From Azolla caroliniana (Eukaryota > Plantae > Polypodiophyta), in NCBI GenBank assembly GCA_043228905.1, contig JBHGNT010000018.1, positions 2,108,001 to 2,172,000 on the forward strand: DNA of 64,000 bases. The letters run 5' to 3'. The notes under the pieces are model-generated. The model was not told where the DNA came from, did no database searches, and worked only from the letters and a program-made list of their open reading frames with translations. Positions 37,701-48,500 of the stretch are shown here, piece by piece (positions within the stretch are counted from its first letter, which is position 1; every line of letters begins with the position of its first letter). The position numbers and the translations under genes were made by a program.

Positions 37701-40107
37701 CGCCCACTCTCGAAGTGGCGTCCATTGCTCCGTAGATATCAGCCTCATCCATGGCCGTCCTCTTTCCACAAGTCGAAAGGGTCGCTCGCTCCGCAACCTC
37801 TCCCACATCGTCGCCGTGGTCGTCCGCCTTGCCGCCGCCACCGTTCATTACCCTAAGTCTCACGCGGGCACTCGGGCCGGCCGTCGGGGTCTCTTGAACC
37901 GGTGCGTGTAAGGTAGCAACGCCGTCGCTCGTCGATGCTATGCCCGTAGCCACCTCCATTCGGACATCGTCGTCCGTGGCTACCCCGCCTCCGTATATGC
38001 AAGCATCAATTACGCTTGCCGCCTCCTCTTCCACGGTCTCCATACCGTTGTCTCGGTTGCCCGCCTTGCCGTCGCCACCGCCCGTCGCTCTAGGTCTCAC
38101 GCCGGCAATCGGGCCAACCGTCGGTGCCTCTAGGGCTGGTGTGTGTAAGGTCGTGGCACCGCCGCTTGTCTCCTCCTCCCTCGATGTTTCGGGCCGCCAT
38201 GTCCCGAATCCGTAGTTACCGGCCTCCATGGCCGTCCATTCGCCGCAAGACGAGAGAGTCGCTCTTTCCGCACCCTCTCCCACATCGTCGTCGTCGTGGT
38301 CGCCCGCCTTGCCGCCGCCACCGCCTATCACTCTAGGTCTCACACCGGCTCTCGAGCCGGTTGCCGGAGTCTCTAGGACCGGTGTGCGTAAGGTCTCGGC
38401 ACCACCGCTCGTCTTCTCCCCGCTCGATGTTTCGGGCCTCCGTGCCCGAACTTCCTCATGTCCGTTCAAATCGGCGATCGCCGCCTCACCGTCCCCGACC
38501 TCGTCCTCGGTCGATCTTTCTCCGCATGTCGAGAGGGTGGCTCGCTCCGCACCCTCTCCAGTGGTACCGATGTACCATTCTCTTTCGGCCTCCTCATCCT
38601 CCGATCGCCTCCGGCCCGAGTCCATAATAAGACCTTCTTCGGCTTCGATTTTCCCCTTCACAAGCTCGCATGCCTCCCGTATTAGTGCTTCTAGGTCGAG
38701 CTCCTCCGAACCGTTTTGCGTTGAGCTCTCTTCCGGCGGTAGTGCGTACCCACTCACCGCTCTCTCTTCTCCGCCTCTCGCGGGCCGTGTTGTGGCCGAC
38801 CGCCTCGCATCATGTTGCCGGCACACCCACCGATCGAACTCATGTCGACCTCTTCCTTCCGGTTCCGTGTACCCGTACGCCTCCAATAGGGCTCCCTCAA
38901 AGGACACCCACGACTCATGAGCTTCTCGTAGCTCCTTGACCTCCTTGTGCACCGATACGGCCGCCACTCGAGGAAAATACTCTAGCCGCATCGCCTCGTC
39001 TACGCCCCCTTTCGCCATCTCGGCCTTGTAGGCTCCCAAAAATCTTGGGACCTCATTCCCATTGAACCGGCCGACTCGATCGACCACCCATTCGACGGTT
39101 TGTTGAGCCGCATCTCGCTTCGCCATCTTCCGTCTGGCTTCCATCACGATTTTTGCCATCATCTCCTCGAAGTCGAAGTCTTCTTCCATCTCCATGCTCC
39201 CTTGCCGCCCTTCACGTCGGGTTCACCAAATATGTCGCGTTGTTACGCGCGTGCGTGGAGAAAGGCGGGACCACGGGGGTCTTGGTCTAGGGAGCGACGG
39301 AGCGTAGGAAGTCGTGCTTCACGGCTTCTGGGGCATCTCAGAAACACACCGGAAGCAACCGAAGGGGGGAGAGAGAGCGAGAGAGAGAGAGAGCGTGCTT
39401 AACACCGACTCACGCACACACGGCCCGACCCGACTTACGCCCTTATGTACAGGAAACGCAGGGAAGGAGTGGAGCACCCAACACCAACAAGACGCCAATA
39501 TACACAGACAGACGCAAACGTATATGTATATATATAGAGAGAGAATACATTCCCGGCTTCGAGCCGGACCAAGATGGTTTACAACAGTCGTCTGTTGTCA
39601 AGCCGCCGTCGGGGAGCTCTCGGGCTCGTCGCGCCGAGCGGGGTCTTGCACAGGAGACAAGCTGCAGCCAACCCTAAACGAACACGAAGGGGAAGAAGAA
39701 GAAGCAGAAGAACCCTAACCCTAAACCTACCGGTATACCCTCTAATCCAAAATGGGCAACCCCCACAATGGTGCCTTCTCTCTCCTTTTATAGCACAAGG
39801 AGGGAAGACCGCTTACAAAAGGTGAGACTAAAATATCCCCTTTCATTCAAAGGGGATATTTGCCTTGATTTGGGGGAGGGTGAGATTGATGGCCCCTTAA
39901 CTCCCACCTCCTCACAAACAACTAGGTACCTATGTACCGCATAGTACCTCTCTCTCTCTCTCTCTCTCGCGTGGATGTGCGTACAACCACATCACCTTTA
40001 TACCTTTATTACTATTACAAATACATTATGTACGTGTGCAACGTTGCACATTGCTCTTTGGCTCTCGTTGCTCGGGTTTCCGCTTGTGGACGAAAATCTT
40101 CACGACA
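34739..40107 (-). mobile_element. Non-autonomous, pol-less LTR element of the Trp group (5.4 kb)
   Basis: Near-identical LTRs 39233-40107 and 34739-35619; 18-nt Trp PBS 39211-39228; PPT about 35620-35636; TSD ACGT at 34735-34738 and 40108-40111. Confidence 0.92.
35527..39195 (-). pseudogene. Gag-like N-terminus fused to a long repetitive acidic/Gly-rich tail (about 1220 codons, one internal stop)
   Basis: ORFs 37519-39195 and 35527-37416 share one frame, separated by a single TGA at 37519-37521; the first ~125 aa match the gag of the autonomous copies (VGRFNGNEVPRFLGAY vs IGRFGGNNATSYLEAY). Confidence 0.65.
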
Positions 40108-43100
40108 ACGTACATGTAAGGAACGAAGGCGGGATCGCAGGGGTCCTGGACCAAGGTGTGTCAGAAAAGGGGAAAGGTGAAACAAAGAGCGCATGTCGGG
40201 CAAGCGTTGGACGTCGGCAAGCACAGAGCTCAATCGGCTCGGTCGAGATCAGATCGATGCAAGAGACAATTAGAAGAGAAAGAAACCCTCAATCTATTAA
40301 GAACAGATTACAACCAGCTCGCCAGTAACTGAGCCACTACACAGTCGACAACACACACACACACACACACACCAAAGAAGAGATACAATGTGGAGCCTCT
40401 ATCGGGAGCACCCGAGCTTCCCACACGAACAGAGGCGTCCGGCAAAAGAACTCCTGTAGAGAACACCAATACAAAACGAGCGCTCGGTCCCCAATCCGAC
40501 AGCACTCCGTTCTCTTCAAAAACGCCATCCCCCCCTCTCAGCCCTCTCTCCCGACCTTTATAGGTTCCCGAGGGAGGAGCCATCACATCCTATAATTACA
40601 TCATCTTTTTTCTCTGTCGCTTCGGACAGAGATTCGTTTTGATTTATTAATCTATTTAATGTGTCTATATCAAAGTTTGTCCACATCACGCCGACCTATT
40701 CTTAGACTATGTACAAATAATTTACAAATTCATGCATCTGTGTATGTTGTGGTTCACGCGCTCAGGTCTTTGTTTCCTCTAGTAGCCAATTTTCCTCACG
40801 ACATCCACCCCCACCAACCGCACATCCACTAGTATGTGCCGAGAGGGAGAGAGAGATATCGAGGGAAACCGGCCGCCGTCAACCTTCGCTCTCCAATCCG
40901 TCGCGCTCCCCGTCCTCCTCCGTTCCGCCTAGGTCGTTGCTTTCTTCCGCACACCCCGAATCCGGCTCGTCCTCGTGCAGTTTCTTGAGCACCTTGATCC
41001 GCTTTCCCACAACCAGTACTGTTATCCATGTCCCATCGAGCTCCGCGAGATTGTAGGTGGCGTTGTCGTTCGCACTGGTCACCACATAAGGCCCGAACCA
41101 CCTCCTCACGAACTTGCACGTTGCCTTGTGCTGATTGTCGAGGCTGCTATCGTAAACTAGAACCTAGTCGCCTTCCTCGATCTTCTTCGGTCTCAGCCGG
41201 TGCGTCCGGTCAAACCGGTCTTTGTTCTTCTCCCTTGCCGCATACAACTTAGCCTTTGCCCATTCCACGTCCTCTAGCCTCCGGACAAGCTGTTGATGTT
41301 GAATCCACGCCGTCAACAGCTCTTCTCAGCTCATCTCGTCCGTCCAATCAATTGCCGCCCAAGAGGAAATTGTCCGCTCCATCGGCATGACCGGCTTCTG
41401 CCCGTACATCAACTCTGCCGACATGAACCTGATCACCGAACTGTGCATAGTTTGGTCCGCCCACAACGCGTAAGGTAGGAGCCGCAGCCAATTCCCGACT
41501 TTCCCTTCGCACGCCCGTACTAACACCTTTACGATCAGTCCATGTCCGTGCTCTATTTTCCCGTTCGCTTCCGAATTGTATGCCGTAGTGAGGGAGAGTT
41601 TTACCCCTAACCGGCCGAATAGTTCTTCGACCTCTTGTGCATCCAGCTCTCCCCGGTCAGCCATGATCTTCCCTACGCAACTGTACCGGCAGATCACCTC
41701 CTCGATCAAGAACCGGCACACGGCCGCATTCGTCTTGTTCTGCAACGCACGGCCCTCCACCTGGTTTGTCAAGTCTTCTCGCGCAAGCACCAGGTACCGC
41801 ATCTACCCTATTCCCATTCGCATCGTCACTAAGTCCACCATCCATTTGAAGTGGATGGTCGGTGGGTGGGTCGGGTGCAGCTCGTCTCTGTACCGGATCC
41901 CGGAATGCATCTGGCAGTTCTCACAGGTCATCACAAACCGGTGCGCATCCTGATACATCCCCGGCCACCAATATTTCTCTTCTAACTTCTCAAACATGGC
42001 CCACGTTCCGCAGTGTCCGGCCCAAGGACTCTCGTGATACGCCGAAAACAGCACCTCCTGCTCTTCCCTCCTCACTACTATGCAGAATGGAACACCGTTA
42101 CGCTTCTTCGGGTGCCTCCATATACTCTCGTTCCACATGAAGAACCGGTCTGCCTTCTTCTGGATCCTGTTCGCCTCATCCTTCATCCGTGTCGCGTCCG
42201 GCGTTAACGTTTTTAAGAACCTGCCGATCCGGAGCCACGCCCCGTCGTACTCATTCTCGTTGAACTCACTGAGTGCCGGAGTGCTCCCCTCCCTTGCCGC
42301 TATGCGAGCCGACTCGAAGAAGTCTACGCCGACTTCTTCGTCCATGTCGTCCTCGTCGTCGAACTGCGCTCTCGAAAGCATATCGGCCATGGCATTGTCT
42401 CTCCCGGAGATGTGTTGTAGCTTCGGATTCAAGAACTTGATGTACGCGATCCACCTAAGCATAGCTAGGTCCGGAGTCGCACATCCGCAAACCATACCTA
42501 GGATAGGTAGGCAGTCCATCTCGATTATTACCTCCGTCCCGATCAGATAGTCTTTGTTAGCCTTGACTGCCGAAACGATACCCCAAAGTTCACGTTTAAC
42601 TTGGGCGTATCCTCGTTGCCGCCCACTCAATACCTTCACCCCGAACCGGATGGGGAACCTCACACTGTTCTCATCCTCCTGATTGATCACCCATCTGATC
42701 CCGGTCGGGCTCGTGTCCATGGTCAAATAAACCGCGACCCCCTTTCCGTAAACCGCTTTCCGGAGGGCCGGTGCCACGGCTAGCGTCTCTTTTAACCTCA
42801 AGACCGACTCCGCGTGCTCCTAGTTCCATTCAAACTTACGCCCCTTTTTCAGCAACCCGTAGAACGGTTCCGCGACGTGTGCATAATGCGGAATCCAGAT
42901 GTGGTAGAACGCACACACACCCAGGAACCTCCGGACCTCTATAACCGACTTGCATTCTTCCTTCATCACGGAGATGGCCTCCACCTTTGCCGGAGACGGT
43001 TTCCAGCCGTAAGGCCCGCACAAGTGTCCAACCACCAAGATTTTGGATTGTCCAAAAGCCGACTTCTCTCCGGAGAAGGTGAGTCGCGCACTCTCGAGCC

Positions 43101-44354
43101 TCCGTAGTACCTTCTCACAGTCATCAATGCGGTCCGCCATGAACCTCTGGCATCCGTCTGGCCTGACCGATTCATCCTTATCTTCCACCGGACATCCCTT
43201 GATCGGAATGTCGTCCAAGAATGGCATGGTGATGTCCGAGATGCAGTCCCTCAACACCTTGTTCATTGCATTCACCATGTGCGCCACCGAGTTGGTCCCC
43301 CCTTGCGGTAGGGTACACATCCGCACTAAGCCGAGGGGATTGTCATAATATCCCTATTCTCTATGGCTAGTTGGAATTGGTCATATCCTGAGTACAAATC
43401 GCCAACCGAATAGATCGACCTTCTAGCGAAGGCTTCCACAAACTCATCAATGGTCAACCCGATTCTCGTGCTTCGAATGGTCACTTTATTGACCGGCTGC
43501 AGGTCTTGAATGAAGCGCAACGTACCATTCTTCTTCGGCACCATAAACCATTGATTTGAATATGGGGCACTTGACGTCTCAAGGATGCCCATCTCCACCT
43601 TCTACTTCAGTAGCCCCATCAGGTTCGGGATGTGAGCTCTGGGTATCGGAATTGGCTTGAGGTTCCATGGCACATGCGGTACCATGAAGATAACCATCGG
43701 CTCCACGATCATCGAGTCCACGCACCCGATCTCCTCCGGTGAGAATGTGAAGGCCTTCCCATGCCTCCCGAGCATCCTCCAAAACCGGTCCTCCTCCGCC
43801 AAAGGTAGAAAGCCACCCCCACCAATCCTGAGCTCCCGTAGCGTCTCCTCGGTGAACCGGTGCCCTATGCCAGCCGGATTCCGCAAACTTGGGTCTGATG
43901 CAACCCCCTTCATCCGTTTCTCGCTGCCCTCTGGTAAGGGTGTCACGACTAGCCTCACCTTTCGGTCCATAGTCTTGTACCTGGTGTCCACACGGGCCGT
44001 CCGATCCAACACGACCTTCTCCCCGAAGTCCGCAATGACTTCGTACATTTCCACAGGACCGACCGGAATCACCTAGTCTTCACTCAGGCCTTCGTCGACA
44101 ACCTTCCCAATCTCTCCAAGGGTGTCGTCGAATAAGACCGCCTCCACAGCGCCGCTAATCTCATTGTCAGAGCTAAGGGCCCCGCACACCCTAAGACGGT
44201 CCTCGACCCTCTTCTTTTCCCGACAGTCAACGTTGGTTATCGTACAACCTTCCTTATCAAAGAACCAAAATTTTCTACCTATGGTACATGTGTGGGGTTT
44301 CTCCGGGGTGTCCGAACTATCCTGCCCCACGCCTTGATAACCCTCTCTAAAAAT

Positions 44355-44778
44355 TGTTGTCCAGAGGACAGAAATGTAAATTAGGAAATTAGTGAACGGC
44401 GGTAGTGTAACCGAGTAGGAAAGAACGCCAACGAGCGCCGAGTCCGAGTATCATGGGCCACTGACGACTCGGTTGTGTATTAGGGGAAACGTTATTTAAA
44501 CAAGGTCGAGTACCTCAGAGAGGGGGTAGAAAAAATATAGGCAGAAGCACTAGCAAATTCCATCATAATTAGATACTATTGTAAGGTCACCGGCCGTAGG
44601 CCGCGCTCTGTAACCCTTTTGTTGTCGCATTAATACATATATGTTATTGGGGCACCCATCTTGCTCCATGAGTCTGTGTTTTCTCTCATGTTTCTGAATT
44701 AAGCGTCGTCCACGCCTATCAAGATCTCACTAGTGTTCCATCTCGAATTATTTTCTACCTCACGACGCCTCTGTTTAC
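44355..44778. mobile_element. Unclassified insert of about 420 bp, solo-LTR-like
   Basis: Absent from the homologous site at about 6650; starts TGTTGT, has CACGACG near its end; no clean TSD. Confidence 0.5.
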
Positions 44779-44877
44779 GAGCCATTGTTGCCAAGGGTCT
44801 TGTGGTTGCACTCGTGGTTTGGTCATACTGTCAAAAATTGGACGGAGTGACGCCCATCCTAGCTCTTCACCCATGCG

Positions 44878-45564
44878 TAGCAATGGGCCCGGTTCGGTTT
44901 GGTTTCTTGGCCTTGAAACCAAACCAAACCATTTATTAATAATAAAAACCGAACCAAACTGTTTTAAAATTTATGAAGTCATTTAAACCAAACCGTTTAC
45001 GAAAAATTTAAAATCAAACCAAACCAGTTTATCATAAATCAAAACCAAACCAGACCAAACCATTTTTTATTGATATTAATCATCATACTTATTATAAATT
45101 TTTGTGAGAAAATCATCATAAATTTTGTCATCATACTCATCATAAATTTTGTCATCATACTTATCATAAAATTTGTCATCATACTAATCATAAATTTGAT
45201 CATTATACCTATCATAAATTTAATCATTATACCTATCATAAATTTGATCATCATAAATGAAAAGGAGACTCTACATATAATACATATAAAATTTAATAAG
45301 TTAAAATAAGAGTTTAAAATTGGAAGTTAAAAGTTAGAGCCTATAGAGAATATTTATGAGTATTTTTTAACCAATAAACCTTTAAACTGAATCATATAAA
45401 CAGAAACTAATAAACTGCTAAATCGGTCAATTCAAAATTGAACCGAAACTGATTAGTAACATTTGAAACCAAACCAAACCGTTTATTTATCTTTAAACCT
45501 ATAAACCGTTAAGCCACGGTTTTTCGGTTCGGTTCAATTTGAGCCGAAACCGGGCCCATTGTTA
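44878..45564. mobile_element. hAT-type MITE (687 bp)
   Basis: TIR TA(G/A)CAATGGGCCCGGTT; 8-bp TSD CCCATGCG / CCTGTGCG; subterminal AAACC(A/G) motifs; internal 24-bp minisatellite at about 45080-45257. Confidence 0.85.
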
Positions 45565-48500
45565 CCTGTGCGTATGCCAAACCGTTATCTAGCACCTTGA
45601 TCTCCATGCGAGCCGCCGTAATGTATGGTTCACCAAGTATCACCCGGTGCGAAGATCTCTCATGCACGAAGAAGTGTTGATCTATCTCGACGTCTCCGAT
45701 TTTAACACGCACGTTCGAGCATGCTCCATGTAATTCCTCTGTAGCGCACGTGGCCGCGCGTATCTCCCATCCGTGCTTGTTATTGATCGGCCATTTCCCC
45801 TTTATGTAGATTCAGTCCATAGACATCAGGTTTATCTCGGAATCGTGTTCTATCAACGCCACCACCGGCTCTTGAATGTCCCCTATCCGGACAGGGATCT
45901 CTGTAGTAGCCCTTGCCCAATGCAACTTCGAATAATGGCTCTCCACCAATTCGTCCTCCAAGCCCGAGTCCTCTAAGTGCGTTGTCCCGCACTTCCACAG
46001 GCTTCTCCGGCTCCGTCGTGAGCCTTTTACACTTCACCAAGTCCACGATGGAATCATGGAACTCCTTCTTGATGATTCCGAGCACTTCCCTCAACGGCAA
46101 CTCCACCTTGTTGTCGAGGATCCGTTCCTCGAGGACCTTCCGCAAAACCGTCGCCCTTTCTATTTCCGTGCTCAGCCGGTAACCTGCCTGCTTTACCTTT
46201 TCCTACGAGCCAGGACCGACAGCGTCATTTCTCTTCGGCGCGCTCCGCATCTTGTACTGGCCAGAGGGTCCGACCCCTCCACCCTTTCCCGCTCGCTTAT
46301 TTTCCACCAGAACTTCGTAGTTCTGGCACGCAGCCTCCACGAAACCGGTCTTCTCTTCAACTAGATCGTCCCATCCCGTGACCTCTCGGACCCGCTTCTC
46401 TGTGCGGTCCACTTCCTCCTTCCTCAGTCGCACTTCGGAGAGGCCTTCTAGCACCGATGGCCAAAATCCAGAGTCCTCCGTCTTCTGGCCGCCATCGCTT
46501 CCGACCTGGGTTCCAACCAACGCCGAATAGTGGATGGCTTCGGCGTGCCGCACCGCAGCTTCTTCCATCAACCTCTTCATTCTGACGCACCCGATATTCA
46601 ACTCCAGGGCTTTCTGGGTTTCTCTCGCATGCACCCACCCATTCTAGAGGTACACTACATTGCTTCTGAGTACCTCCGTAAACTCCACATAATCTCTTCT
46701 GTTGTGGCCAACCGCGTCACACCATATGCATCATTGTCCTGCCAGAGGCCCCCAGTCGTGCGTCTGTTCTCCATTGTCTCTCTTGGCTTGTGCGATCTGG
46801 AGATCACTTACCATCTACATTAGCTCTTCTAGAGCCGCTCCCTTGGATGGGCCCTTGATCACGCCAGTTGAGGTTGTGCCCAACTCAAGCCAACTTCGTG
46901 TCTCTTCGTATCGCGCCGGCAACAGCTCCTCAAACTTCCTTGCCGCTGCCGTTCTTGTTGTCAATGGACCTTCGTCGCTCCACTCACGCTGCTTGTCGAA
47001 ACGGCTACAGCCTAGTTGGTCGTGAGCCCTTCATCTGTCTCCAGTAGCAATGCCACCTGCTCCCAAACCTACACATCCATAGACTTAACGAATAGCAAGA
47101 CACGGCTCGTGTCGAGCATGGTCCTATCCAACGCCAAGAGCCAGGCAAACCGTTTCTCAAACTCCTGGAGGAGCACCGACGTGTTCCTCCCCTTCCCGAG
47201 GTCTCAACCCATTCCATGAATTCCCGTTTCGATAACCGAAGCGAGTCATCGAACCCATATCTCTCGAGGAGCCGTCCTTCGAACTCCTCCCAAGACTGAC
47301 AACCGGCCTGTACCTCGAGCACCTCTACATGGATGCTCGGCGTCACCACGCGAGGGAATCCCGACAGTTGTCTATCCTCTGGAATGTCCCTCATTATCAT
47401 TTCGGCATAGTAAGCCTCCAGATAACTCGTCGCATTATTCCCTCCAAACCGGCCTATCGTGCAGATGATTGTCTCAACAACCCTGCCAAGGGCACCCAAG
47501 CCCTCACAAGCATTCACTAGCCGGTCTACAGTTGTTGCCATGGCCTCAGCGAGTTCCGTCCCCCTCATCTTCAGACTCCTCTACCGCCTTGTTTCACGTC
47601 GGGTTCACCAAATTATGTCGCGTAATTACGTGTACGGGTAAGGAATGAAGGCGGGACCGCAGGGGTCCTGGACCGAGGTGTGTGAGAGAAGGGGAAAGGT
47701 GAAACAAAGAGCATGTGTCGAGCAAGCGTTGGATGTCGGCAAGCACAGAGCTCGACCGGCTCATTCGAGATCAGATCGATGCAAGAGACAATTAAAAGAG
47801 AAAGAAACTCTCAATCGATTAAGAACAGATTACAATCGGCTCACCTGTAACCGAGCCACTACTCAGTCAACAACACACACGCACACACCAAAGAAGAGAT
47901 ACAATGTGGAGCCTCTATCGGGAGCACCCGAGCTTCCCACACGAACAAAGGCGTCCGGCAAAAGAACTCCTGTAGAGAACACTGATACAAAACGAGCGCT
48001 CAATCCCCAGTCCAACATCACTCCGTGCTTCCCAAAAATGCGATCCCCCCCTCTCAACCCTCTCTCCGGACCTTTATAGGTCCCCGAGGGAGGAGCCATC
48101 ACATCCTATAATTCCATCATCTTTATTCTCTGTGGCTTCGGACAGAGATTCGTTTCGATTTGTTAATCTATTTAATGTGTCTATATCAAAGTCTTTCCAC
48201 ATCACGCCGACCTATTCTTAAACTATGTACAAATAATTTACAACTGCATGCATCCGTGTATGTTGTGGTTCATGCGCTCAAGTCTTCGTTTCCGCTCGTC
48301 GCCGATTTTCCTCACGACAACGTGTTCACACTTGTATGAATACAAAGTGGAAGGAGTCGGCCTTTTATGCCAACATTGTCAGTATTTCGATCAGTCCTTT
48401 TATGGATTTGTATAAAAAGGCTCTCTTAGCACAGTTGTATGTACAAAATGTTATTTTTTAATTTGAGTTTTCTATGTTCTGCTCTCTCTCTCTCTGTCTC

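Larger units (their letters stand above)
40879..47568 (-). pseudogene. Gypsy gag-PR and RT-RH-INT, disrupted
   Basis: gag IGRFGGNNATSYL; RT DLYSGYDQF, LPQGGTNSVA, PFLDDIPIKG; RH DTSPTGI; INT YHESPWAGH, ADRGEL, AYNSEANGKIE; WFGPY. Confidence 0.9.
34721..48319 (-). mobile_element. Full-length Trp-primed Gypsy element (Ylt1-like) with three nested inserts
   Basis: 5' LTR 47616-48319; 18-nt PBS TGGTGAACCCGACGTGAA 47593-47610; PPT about 40804-40820; 3' LTR 40112-40803 plus 34721-34738; TSD ACGT at 34717-34720 and 48320-48323. Confidence 0.92.

Noticed and set aside
45039-45309. Met/Ile-rich ORFs
   Set aside because: Products of the 24-bp minisatellite in the MITE.
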